DNA of 55,109 bases, filler included, from Sphacelaria rigidula (lineage: Eukaryota): assembly GCA_964200075.2 (NCBI GenBank). It is 3 parts of 3 records of this genome, joined end to end, with 100 filler letters (N's around TTAATTAATTAA, not from the genome) between each part and the next. Parts side by side here need not be neighbours in the genome. Positions count along the whole stretch, not along the records: positions 1 to 18,304 come from CAXNAA020000880.1; 2 more parts are not named here. The stretch is one strand, 5' to 3'. This document shows positions 1-12,900 of the stretch, piece after piece (the stretch's first letter is position 1; each line of letters starts with the position of its first letter). Made by a program: the position numbers and the translations under genes. The notes under the pieces were generated by a model that was not told where the DNA came from, ran no database searches, and was given only the letters and a program-made list of their open reading frames with translations.

Positions 1-2116
1 TTAGGTCAGGGAAAGCACGGCTTTTGAGTTGAACCTCATTTTTTTTCCAACCCCATTTTCGAAAATCGGCTGTTTGTTTCAGAATCCTTCGTTAATAGAA
101 CAAACAAGGCAATGATTGCATTGTACGAACACACGTGTGTGTACTCCCATCTCAGCACACTCTCTTCACGTGAACTCGCGTGCGTCTCGCGACGACCTTG
201 TGCAAAGCCCCGTGTGGCCGCTGTGATCAGCAAAGTGTCAACTACGCCACGCTCACCATGGCGAGTGCAACGTAGTTGAACGTTGTGTCGAAGTATCCAC
301 GTCATCAAGATGCCTGTGGGCGACTGGTACTTGATGCTCCCGCATATGATACCTCGGTTACAATATGAAGAGCATCCAAGACACGGAGAGTTGCTGCACA
401 CACACTGATACACAGATAGCCTGATCAAACCCGAAGTAAACGATTCAAAGAATATGTGTTTTATTCCGGCGGCACCTCGCTTGCACGAGGTACGAACTGG
501 ACTTATATCTTCCGACTCTTGCACCTTTCACCGCACCTTGCACAAGGCCGGAAACCAAGGCAATCCTCTTGAAGGAGGGGATATATCCGATATGTTGTGG
601 TCAGCTTGGCAACCTACCTGGAGCATCTCCTCTCTTCCCGTTCACGCGCTCAAGCAACGACGGCGTGAGCAAGGTGGCGCGTTGGACAACAACACATATC
701 TATACATCTCCGATGCTACGACAGGATCACCTCGGGACATGAATGGCAGTGCCCACCTCCTACCCTGCCCCAACCGCGCAGTGTCACTTACATCTCTTGC
801 CAGGTCAATTTCCCAATCCACCAAGGCCCTCGTTTCCACGAGCGGAGCACCCCCCGGCAATAACCCTGTGGATAAGTGATCAAGAGAGACAAGATTTGCA
901 GGCATAATGGTACTTGATAAAATTGAGGCCGGAAATGGGCGTGTTGGGTACTTATATTTGTGAGGTGCACGCTTGAGCCGTCGGCTTTATGTGTACTACA
1001 GTAGAAGCAAGATAATATACGAAATTCATTGCGCTGTGCACCGGTCTCGGTTGCGTGGATCCACAGTATTTTTAGCGGCGTTCGCGAGGGGTCATCACAC
1101 AAAGCAAGATAATAGCAAGATGCGAAGGTCTCATCGAGGGATTCTGCGGTAGGGATGCACTTTTCAGTCCAAAGATTTTCTGAGGCTGCACACCAAGGCT
1201 CAGATGTGCCATCATCCAGAGGCTCCGACAGCGCGGAGCCTCGGAAACAAAATGCGCACCTCTACCGTAGAACCGCTCCAACCTAATTACCACGGCAGAG
1301 GTCACCGACGATTGTCGTAGCGGCAAATAAGACACATGCAATCACAGCTAAGTACGTGGATGCGCAATATCACCCCCAGACGTCCAGGGCATATGCCACG
1401 TGTTCCGTCCACGCAATACATGCGGGTTGCCTTACAACTGCAGTTATTGTAGTTTCAGACGATAGCCAAATGACTTTGCTTGTTTCCTAGATATATAAAT
1501 ATGGGTCGACGATTGGTTGCGACTATCAGACATTGTGGATTCCCCGGCTGGCTTGCCGGAGTCGAAAAATAACCTCGCTTTCGGTGAGATTCGACTTTCA
1601 CCCCTTGATAGTATTTTACATGCAAAGATCCGGGACCGCTACGCTTTCGTGGATTGATTAATTGACAATCACACCTTAGCTCAACCACTGCAAATCTAGG
1701 CGCGCGGTCACAAGATAGCCGTCTCCAGCGTGAATGAACCGAAGTATTCGCTGAAGGAAACTCAAGAAAGGAGAAACATGGGAACTGAAGGAGAGAGAGC
1801 GAACAAAGTACGAAAAATCAAGTAAAAGGAAACTAACGAAAACAACTTCAAATAAAAGGAGAAAAACATTAGACAGTGGTCCAAGACCGTTCCCAGGGAA
1901 CCAAAACGACGGGCCCCTGGCGCATACCACGAAAGTCACCGTATCGGCAGATCTTGAGTGCTCACCAACGGCTCAATATTCAAAACCAACATATTATGTA
2001 TGTATGGCACCGGATTCCTCCAGAGAAATGCAAGGGTGAAAAGAGGATATATCATCATGAGAGAGGTTACCCTGTCACCTTAGGTACTGTAGTGTCACTA
2101 TGGCATTTGTCACTCA

Positions 2117-2361
2117 CCCAGGCCTCCCCGGCGTCTTGCGAGGTCATACTCTACAGGCGGATCTTGGGGCGGAGCTCGTTTCAACATTTGCTCAGCCGCT
2201 TTTTCCCTTCTCTCCCGGTTAGCTGTACCCTCCAGCATGCGATGAAATTCGTTATGTACCAAGGAAGGAAGACCCTCTCTACCGTCCACGCCGGAGGTGA
2301 CAGGGGCCATGCGGAGGGCCGGAGGCAGGAAAGATGCGGCGAGTCCCCAGGGAGTCCCCAT
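2117..2361 (-). CDS. Probable further exon (…GLPSLVHNEFHRMLEGTANRERREKAAEQMLKRAPPQDPPVEYDLARRRGGL)
   Basis: Protein-like open frame ending at a gtgagt donor; link to the upstream exons unresolved. Confidence 0.5.
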
Positions 2362-3900
2362 CGCATCACGCCTACGCGTTCAAGAAAAAAATAACGGATT
2401 TCATCCGAGTGAAGGGGAGGTGAGGCATAGAGCGGGTTTCAGTTTAGCGATCGGATGCGATGCATATATATGTGTGTGTATACTGTGTTATCATACTTCA
2501 ATTCATCCTTCCCCTCACTTCGCGACAAGTTCGTGGTTTCCAAGGATCAGCCCGTCTCTCCTCCGGTGCAAGTACGCAATAGATACTTGAAAAACATAGT
2601 CTGATTTCGATACTTGGAGGTATTAGAAACCGGATGGCGAGGTAACCTGCGAGTACTGCCCGTTCGGTGAAACGAGGAAGGTAGCTAACCTAGCTTGTAG
2701 CCGTTGATTACCGTCATCTACGCAAATCGGAAGGCTTTTTAATGTGAAGACGACAACAACGCAATGATCTTCGGTGACGTACATGCATGAGCATGGAACA
2801 CTCAGCCCTGTGTATACACACACATATATATGTGTGTGTGTTAATACTACTCTCATGAGCCGGTTGTGGAAAAGCAGTGTAAAAACGGTATACTAAAGCT
2901 ACTCCCTCTATGCCCATCTATTTGAATCACCAGTCATAACAATCGTTTAAAAGAATCGGAATTGGTGAGTGTAGAGATCAATCAACCCGTTGTACAACCG
3001 CGCCCCGGGGATCTAATGGTAAAACTTGAACATTTTTGTTGAAAGAATGCGGCTTCGGTTCCTGGTAGCGGCCATCTCATTTACGTGGTTGAAAGGATGA
3101 GGGCCTTAGTAGCAAAAACAATTGAGTTGACGAGAGTCCGCACGGTGCAGGAGTGAGGATCCGATGTGCGATACCAAATTGCAAGGCTGGTACCGGGGGA
3201 GGGATGACGGGTCGTTGATCCCTTGAGGCCACAAACTCGTCCCAAGGAACAGGAGAGGCTGGAAGTGTGAAGAAGAAGAGATAAACGAAGCACAGGTACA
3301 ATCTACACGGTTTCACGGCGTGTGTAACTCGCCCGATGTTTTTTGTTTATCACCTGCATCGAAGCAATTGTTGTATTCTGTGGTGTGTGCACGGCTGGAC
3401 GGGAGAGTATCTGAAGTTTATGGCATAGCATCATTCAATCATGGTGCGAGGAACGCGCCACAGAGGTGTAGTGCGCGAGCACGATCACTGCTGTTCGTAT
3501 TTTACCTTGAGCTTCCGCGACGCAGACACCTTTGGAGGACTCGTGTATCTGAGCGAACCGGTCGAAACGTCCGGCATCGCAAATTGATCCATAAACGGAA
3601 AAGTGGTAAAATGCCCAACCACGGAGTTGGGTTCTGCTGCGATAGACCGGTGCCAACGAAGCAGACCATGCACAACCCGCGTCAAGTTACGTACGCCCTA
3701 CACATACATGGAGTCAATATAGCGTAGTTGGATGCATTGATGAGTCTTGTGTAGAACTCACCACATCCTCGTAAATAGCCTGATAAGTAAGGCCGGAATC
3801 GAAGTCCTTCCTCGACGAAACAGGCAGCCCACGGTATGCCTACTTTTTCCCAGAGGGGTCTGGAGATTCAGGCTTACGAGTTGTGTAAGGTACCCCTCAC

Positions 3901-6900
3901 CTTCGGGTCGCCACCTGCCGCAACCGTTGCTCTCGCTTCAGCAAGGCATTTGTCAAAGCACGGATTGCATCGGTCTCGCTTTCGTTTTCTGCTTGCATCT
4001 CTTCCATCATTGCTTGTGCAACCCCCTCGCCCACCGCCTAATGTTGGAAGCGGGGAGGTGAGGTGAGGCGTGGGTGGGTGGTGAGTAGCGATTACTCGGG
4101 GGCCCATTGCGAGGCAGAGAAGTGAAAAAAAAAATCACGCACGTGGGCCGGAGGAAGGAGGGTCCTGATTTGAATTGATTGGATGAAACATTATACACAT
4201 ACTTTGTTACCATTCAGCTAAAAATATATGATACACATGAAATTAGGACTGCTGTGATCTCAAAGTTTATTATGTTTGCCGTGCATGGGTCTTGTCACCA
4301 CGTGGGTTTGCGCTACATGTCTGAGCCACCTCACGAGGCAAGGGGTCTAGCATATAATGACCGTTAAAAACAATACCTCAGCCAATGAGGACCCTAAATT
4401 TCACCTCAATAGTCATGACAACCGCTCCCCTCTTGTGCGGGGCAAAGTGAAGCGTCTCAAATAATATATCTAACTTGAGCGTGGGATGTTGCGAGAGTAC
4501 TTGGCTTCGGGATGCTGTGATGCTCTCTTTTTGGTCTCCTCGTTTTGTTGAGCTTTTTTTAAAAACCTTTTTCTTAGCACGAAGCTCATATTTTATCTCA
4601 TATCAAGACCACCGTTGAGTCCACTCTCCTTGAACCCAGCATGTCATAAAGCAACAAGCTCACTTCCACGCGTCGAAAGTCCGTTTCATTTCAGTATGCT
4701 CTTGATTTCAGTGTGGTACCAAGTTGATCGCAGCGTCACTCCCTTCCCCCTCCCCCCTGATTCATATGCTCAATATATATACGAAGTACATGTATATATA
4801 TATATATATAACTCCATGTTCCGGGAATGCTGACCAAGCTTGGCTTATTGAATGCTCACCGTTGCCTCTTCCATGGCGCGAGCCCCTACATCCTCATTTT
4901 GATCATAAGGGACGCTCGACGAAGGGTAATACTCCGGCAACGGCATGCGGATCTCGGGCAAGTCTGCGCCGAAACATCCGTCCCACACCAGCACTTTCAG
5001 ACCCGCCTATGGGGCGTAGACGCCGTATCATGCGAGGCGGCAAATGGCACGGGACGAACAGCAAGAGTTTGCAGATCTTACGGTGGAGGGCTACTGAGGT
5101 GGGCGTGTCAATGGTTGATCGAGGGGAATGTTGGTCACTGTTTCAGGCCGCACTGACGGGGCCTTGCGTAAGGACTCTCGACAATGGCTTACATGTGCGC
5201 CAAAAAATAGCATCTCATGTTTCACATTGAAGTCCTACACTTCTTCATTGCGGAATATTGCTGCATCAGTAGACAAGAGCGGCATGCTGCCTCTATATAA
5301 ACAATATGACATTTGGGCTATGCTGGTTCGACCAGACCCTGGTTAGATTGTTACACTTTCCATGCATCAACAATGGGTGCTATATTACTCCTCAGCACAA
5401 GTCAACGCTCGATAACGGGTAGCACCGAGCGAGCCAATAGAAAACTTGATTATGAGTCGCACCACGTTTCTTGGCCATGGTTGTACCTATACCTGGGGAT
5501 CTTTAATGGCAATACCCGCGGATTGAAGCAGATCCTTGCCTCCTTCTCCGTTTTTTGCATTGGACTCGCGTTTCCTAACCCTAGCTAGCGCTAGTGCACC
5601 TGTCGCTTCCCCGAGCTGTGCAGCGAACAAGAACAGGATTGTGTGGGCGCGGGCAGGCGGACGAATGAACGGAAGGTTTTCAAATACATAATGGCTGTCA
5701 AATGAATTAGTTAGAATAAGCCCATCAGTAGTATCAATCTTTGTTTCTATTTTTTCGTTTTCGCGCGGTAGGCACGCCATGGAGAGACGCTCGGAAGTAC
5801 TTCAAGCGGGGCCGGAGGTACCGCAAGCGATAGCGCCAGCTTCGTCAGCAAGGACCGCCCAAGCTACGCATCGCGGGATATCTCAATATAAAAGCTTCAG
5901 CGCAGAAGCAACCAACTCGATCTTTTGGCAGGTGTTATGTCTCCAGCGGTAGTAGTTTGAGCGCGATGAACGATATCACTTATGTTGAATCATACAAGAG
6001 CGAAAATTCGGCCATATGTCGAAGAGTAATCATAGACGACCTGCTCATTGTTCTATATAGATATATATATATATATATTTACTGAAGTCAGGCGGGGTTG
6101 TCGTGAGTGACTGGTGCGGATCCATACCCATATCGTCGCCGCGGTAAAAATGTCATAGGGTCTCACGTCTATAACGACCACATGATCTGAGGGTATGTGC
6201 TTGCCTCTTTCACCGCTTTTACTCCAGCAGCTCGTAGGCTTTTGAGACGTTTGAGCTCGGTGATGACGCGTTTCTCTGCCGCAGCGCGGACAGCAGGGTC
6301 CTAAACGATGCAGGCAACAATTGTGTGAGACAACAAATGTATCTTCAGCACTCTACGCCGCCCTGTTCAGTGAGCAACGACAGCACATCCATACCCTGAT
6401 GACATCTCGCACGAGAAATTTACCACAACACGTGACGATGCTGACGGCAAATGAACGATGGCGTCACGGAGTAAGAATCGTTAAAATCAAAGTCGGTGTC
6501 GCAAAAGGCTGTGCCTGTGCGTGTCACGTGCACGCTTGTCTGTGTAAGCACAGAAACCTAATCTCGAACGAACGCACCCTCCAGCTACGACACGTATCCG
6601 GGTTTTTCTAATACTCTGTGCACGCTACAACGCACGCAAAAAAACGTGTTTCTTTCGCTCAAGATACAACCATTGAAGCTATCCTATACGACCCATGTGT
6701 GCCAAGGATCATGATTGTAACAGGGTAAAGAGGAGATCGTTGACGAGAACAAGCGCGCACGAACGTACTGCAGCGCATATGATACCAACATATAACCTCG
6801 TCACTCTCCGACGAAGCAGCACTGGACCAACTATGCCTCCTCTTTCTCCTCCTCCTTCTCCTCCTGCTCCTACTCCCCTTCCTCCTCCTCAGTCCCACTC

Positions 6901-9900
6901 GAGGCGAGGACCTCTGATTTCCGACGGAATCCCCCGCTGACCTCGTCCGCCTATCGTCTTCATCGTCACCACTCATGGTCTCACCGGCGCTCCTACAACC
7001 ACCTTTGTGATCTCGACGATGCCGTCGTCGTCGATGTCTCTTTCGATGCTCAAGAGAGGTTATCCGTCGGCGATGACCACTTCTCTCCGGCTGCCCGCCG
7101 CCCCTGCAGCCATCTCTGCCGCCACTACCACAACTACGCCCACTACCCCCACTCCCGCCACTGCCGCTATTGCGATCACTGTCACCATTGACGTGCCCTT
7201 TCCCGCCACATGCTGCCAGTCCATCCCGTACGTGAGTCTTATTTGCGCCGTGTACCATAGTTGCGTCTTTCGCCTTTGCCGTTTTGCTTCCAGTGGGCAC
7301 CGTCATCCCTCCGTCGGATTGAGGGGAGAGGGGGGTTCCTGAGGGTCCCTCTTTTTTGCCCGTGGTGGCGTTGCCGTGGCGACTCGAGCCGAGATCGTGA
7401 TGACTCGATTGTGACGAAGAGCGGGGAGAGGAAGGGGGCTCGTGTAGTATTCGAATGCTTGTCCAAGCGACGCCGACGGATGCTCCGTTTTCCACGATCA
7501 CGTTTTTGCCCAAAACTCCTTTGAGCTCTTCCAATACTAAGTGTTTGATGAAGGGGCAGATGGCAAAGAAGTGCAGGATTCGGCGCAGGAAATGTTGGTG
7601 GCATGATTTTAGGTGCAGAATGTGGATTTCGATTCGTCAAGGAACATCGATTTGCACCGGAACAACAGCCGAGAAACGACGAGTAGAGATGATCAAGAGG
7701 AAGGTCTATGTCAAGTTGATGTGAGTCCAGGTGAGTCAGGATGCTCTACTTTATTGAAGCATTGAACAGTATTACCGCCCGAGAGTCCGCTGTCATCTGG
7801 ATCAACGCCCAGAAAGTGTAGAATTCCCCCCCACATACACACCTTTGCCCTTGCAATCGAAGGGAAAAAGGTCAGCTTCCCGAGTCTGGGTTATACCCTA
7901 CGCCCGTACTTGCCTTCGGAGGCACCGACCACCTTGACCTTGCCGAAGTCGAGTTTGACAGAGCCCGAGAGCATCATTGCCGCCTTGATCCAATCACCAA
8001 CCTTCAAAGCCTGCGCGAAAAGCTGCGTACGTGCCACCGTGTCAAAGTTGCGTTTCCTGGGCTTGAGTAGGGCCGACATCGTTAACCTTGACGAGGGCGT
8101 GGGTGAGGGTGCTTCGCGAAGTGTGACCCACACCGTTTCTCGAGCAGGCACGAACCTTTTCCCCACCTGAGTGCGATGTGTGAAGACTACACGGCGGTAG
8201 GCGCACGCAGTTGCGGTGGCAGTTATGGCGGGTAATTCGGGAGATGCAAACACGGTAAAGGGCGAATGACTGTTAGGGTGTTCCGCTGGGGGGGTGAAAA
8301 CACAAGCGATGCGTGTGTCGATATCGCTCCGGAAGTAGAGTGAATGGAGTTACCTCGTGTTGTCATCAGCTTTTCCTTGGTGGTGCACGTCTTCGCAAAA
8401 CATCATGAAGCGGTGAGGTGGGTTGCAAGTTTGCAAGCAACAACAGTACCTGCATTCTTGTCGAACAACAAATTCTCAAGGACGTTGACGGGAACAACTA
8501 CGTATTACTCTCCCAAGGAACATGCAGGGAAATTCAACACCGCGCGTTACTTACCTCGTCATCAATCGTGTTCCTTTTTCTGCCACTCCTCGCGCCATAA
8601 TGATGTTATTGAACATATTACAGCTCAAGACTGTGACGAGAGAGCAAATCATCAACGAAAGGTTTCGCAGGAACAATCGAGCAACATTCACACACGCAGA
8701 CTCCAGCTTGTCTCACCGGCACGAAATGTTAACCACCCCACACCGGTCCGCGGGTTAGCTTTCCAGCGCAGAATAACTTCGTTCACACCCCCCCCCACCC
8801 GGTTCATGTCCGCCCCCGCCGCAATCGATCGCCCGGCGCTCAAGGTCACTCCCTGGGGAAGATCTTTGAAGAACGATCCGTACCGACGGCCGCCGCGACC
8901 CTGCGAAATGCGCGACACCGGCGAGGAATCCAGCAACAGGAGCGGCTGGGGATCAGTTGGAGATCCCAGGGGGGAGGCACGGTACGTGCCGCGTGCAGTA
9001 TGAAGGAGGCGTGTTGTTTTCTACAGCTATTTGTGATAAAGCGATACCCCTGCCGTGTGTCTCTGCACTACGACTTGAGCTTGCATTACAAGGCTCGCTG
9101 ATAGTACAAGTATTTGTGCTCAGAAGGCTAAGCGACGGTAGATTCGTCGGGTGAAGTATCCCCAGGAAGAGCAACATAAAAGAGTGAGATGGGAGAAGAG
9201 GCAGGGAGTTTTGTGATGAGTACTGAAAACGCCCCGCCGCGTATCTGTGTCGGAACGAAAATAACTCACGTCAAAGCTCTCCCACAAGCCCTCTGCAGAG
9301 ACACCGGCAACAAATAAGCCAGTAAATCGCTTGAGTCCCCTCGCTCGGAGAACAAGCTTGCACCCTTGATAATATTCCTCCGTCCGCACGTCCTTTCCGG
9401 TATCTTTGATGAGAGTAACCGAGAGAGAAAATCCCTCCGAAACTGCCTGTCGCGATTGGCGATGGCGAGTAAGCTCGATGGGTGGGTGCGGAGGGCGGGA
9501 GGGTAGCTCGACTCCTGTACGCGGGGTCAGGCTACAACTCATACATACTTCATCGGGGAGCGCATAATGGCATTCTCCATCCTTCTGACGACTGTTTGGC
9601 CTGCCTTTAGGTGGGCTCAACTCTTGCAAGACTCGAAGAATGTACGTCATTTCTCAGCTTGTGGGGAAAAGATGCCGCCGCCGTATGGAAAAACGTTGTA
9701 CCTAAACCATACTCGGCCAGATGAACCGTACCTTGCTCGGGCAGGGGTTTCCTTTGCACTGGTGAAGAACGCTCTTCGGAACCAAAAGCTGTGCCCTATG
9801 TTTCTGAGCGACACGCGCAGGGAGGGAAGACACGGTTCATCATCAAGTTGGGGAGATGAAGTATCTGTTCCGTGAGTGGTCCGGTGGATGCAGTCCTCGT

Positions 9901-12900
9901 CTTCGTTTAGTCGACCATGAGGAAATGTCGAGTGTAAAAACATTTCAGTGTCGCACATACTTTCCGACAAAAACAGCTAAACTAGCATATCGCGGCTTAC
10001 CCGTCGTGCCCGCTTGATTTTTCGCTTTTGCACCGACAATGGCAGGCTCTGATATTTCGTCCTTTATCTCAAAGTGTTGTTTGCGCGGCACGAACAACAT
10101 GCCACGACGCCGCCCGTCCCGTAGCATGTACGCGTACCACGTACAAACGCACACACGTACAGTAAGAGGTATTCTCTGACTTCTTCTCGCCTTCTCCCCC
10201 TCACTCTCATCACTGCTCTCCCGACCTTCCCGCTCCTCTTGTCGACTCAAAAAGAAGCTGAGAGCCGAGGGCTCCGCCGTGGCTTTCAGGCGCTTTACTA
10301 GTCCAGAACGTCCCCAGCGAAGCCTCAATCCGAAAGGTAGTGGAGGGCGATCATACACTGGCATTCCCGTGAACCAAATGCGAATGCCGCACTCCCCGCT
10401 GTCACTACAGCTCGCCAAGTAGCGGCCCGAGGAAGAAAAGCAAAGGGACATGACCGGAGAAGCGTGGCCTGTGTAGCAGAATACCTCGCACCCCTAAGGC
10501 CGGTGAATAGCACGTCAGAGATAGATGGAGAAACCGCAGATGGTAGAATATGTCGAGCAATATAACTTGCGGACGAGGGAGAAAGAACGGAGAGGGTGAA
10601 GGTGGCTGTGCTGTCGCACCCTGTGGCTGATGGGGATGTGGTGTTGTATGGAAGGGGAGTCGTGTAGCGACTTGATCAACTGCATAAAGAACTGCCGAAA
10701 TATTCGTTGGAGGATGGCATGAAAGGCCAGAATGCTTGTTTCCGTTCGCATCTGCTCGCACGAGCATGTACGAGATAGTTTACATCACTGGTTTCCCGCG
10801 AGGGAGCCCGAGTTTCTCAAACACTAGCACCACACCGCCAAAACTCGCTGTAGCCTGCAAGAGGGTGGAGGAGCCAGGGGAGAAGAAAGGACTGGTTGGT
10901 TGATTGTCACATACTAATAGATCCTGGAGGCATCCAGCCATGGTCCAAGACACACGTACCCGAGGTAAATATGAAAGGAAAAACTCGGTGACGGAAAGGG
11001 GGTTGATATGTTCTAGATTCAAGTAGTCGAGGTTCCAAAACCATCCAGGCTGCTGATCTACACTTGACTCAAGTGATGGAGGCCTATTGCCGGACTCGAC
11101 GTTGATATGCGTCAGAAACATCGAGCTGATACGGTGACTGAACGATATTAGAGATCGACTGAATTATGGAGTTGCCTGGAAATCACATCATAGACCATAG
11201 AAACGGTATATATATATATATATATACGCATTAGGCAATTCCTGGAGCTACGGCATTTGCCCACAGAGAGGTTTGAAGTTGGTTTTCGACCAATGTAAAA
11301 TGTCTCAACTTTTCTTCGAAGAAGAGGAGACGGAGCGGGGACAGGACGTCAGGATTAAGACATGAGGAAATGCCAGAAATGAGAGATACAGCTTCCTTGT
11401 CTATCTCTGTATCCCCGTGCCGTTGTGCTGTAGTATGCCTCTTACGGTACATCTCGAGTCATTTTATCGCCAATTTTCAGTATCGACGGAAGCGGTTGTG
11501 GTAGTTCCATACACACCATGGCAGCCAAATACATCTTCCCTGTAATACCTCCCCCGCAGAAATAGTGACACTGTGCTGAAACTCTTCAACCTGCGGTCAG
11601 GAGCACAACACCAGGTACCTGCAGGACATCCCACAGTCGAACCGTCCCGTCGGCCGAACACGACGCCAGACGCAGCCCGGAAGGTTCGAACCGACACCCG
11701 TATACGACACCCCTATGCCCACGCAGGGTGTATCTGTGCACACGAGCAATGTCACAGTAGAGTGCGATCGTTAGCGTTGTTTGATGCCGTGGTTTCGGCG
11801 GAAATTCAGCTGCCAAGAGTTGACAATCCATGCAGATAGTTCATCCTCAGTTGACGACGGCAAAGAGATTGAAGATCAGAATAGTCTGAACACCTCGTGT
11901 TGAGGTAATATGCGTTGCGCAAAAGAATAATTCAACGCAATGGCCATGCGGTGCAACTAAGCGACCATCACGTGTACCTGCATAGTCTTACTATTTCCTA
12001 CCACCACCTGGCGATAGTCAATGATATCACTAATTGTCGGGCCCTCTTCGGCCCAGCAGTACTCCCGAGGGGACTGCTCGCGGTACACATAAAACGGGAC
12101 AAGAAGGAACAAAAGAAAGTATTCATGAGCGAACACGACCGCAACATTTACTATTTCGGTAGTCGACTAACCTCGGAATGCGGGGATTAAAGCTGAGATC
12201 CCAGATACGCAACGTGAGGTCCGCCGACGCTGAAGCGAGCATGTGCTCGAGCCTAGCCGGTGCCTTCCCTCCCTGCTTCACTTCTTCCGCATCTTCACCC
12301 CCACCTCGCTTCTTCCCGGTAGAGTCTGTGACATCAGCAGCTGTGGACGTGGATTCTTTTCCCGCATCCTTGCCTGCTTCTGTCTCCCGCTGGCCATTCC
12401 ACGGCGGCCCTTCAAACCTAGGGTTGAAGGCCACATCCCGAATGGCGGCGTTGTGGCCCGTGAGTTCACGCACGCATTCCCAACCCAGCGCAACATCCGC
12501 AGCAACACCCCCCGCTCGTCTCGCGGTGTGTGCGGCGCGCTTTTCATCGGAGCAGGTCAGCCTTCTCTCGAATGCCTCGGTGTCCCACAGCCGCACGATA
12601 CGGTCGTCGCCCCCCGAGAGCACCCACCGTGCGTCGGCGGACTGGTTCAAGGCATGCGCTGGACAAGGATGCGCAGGAAGGACCGCCGCTAGGGCAGGGC
12701 TTGCGCGCCACCTTCGATAGCCTACGACGATGCCATTGTTGAATGACAAACCCTCTTCCTGTTGTGTTAGACGATCTTCCTCCGCCCGGCGGATTTTTAC
12801 GGCGACTGCCTTGCGATCCTCTCGTGCCTGGTGGTGAGGAGAGCGACTGCCGGTTAGCTAAAATTACAAGCCAAGTGAGTTCACCATCATGATTACCTGC

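Noticed and set aside
36..1341. ORFs and candidate exons at the window start (e.g. ~791-866 minus, GLLPGGAPLVETRALVDWEIDLARD)
   Set aside because: Splice signals are plausible, but I could not link the phases or recognise a product, so I left them uncalled.
5747..5863. Terminal exon ending at the TAG at 5747
   Set aside because: Further in-phase exons follow (5493-5615, 4860-5006, 3901-4037) and internal GT donors exist, so the gene probably continues; not fully excluded.
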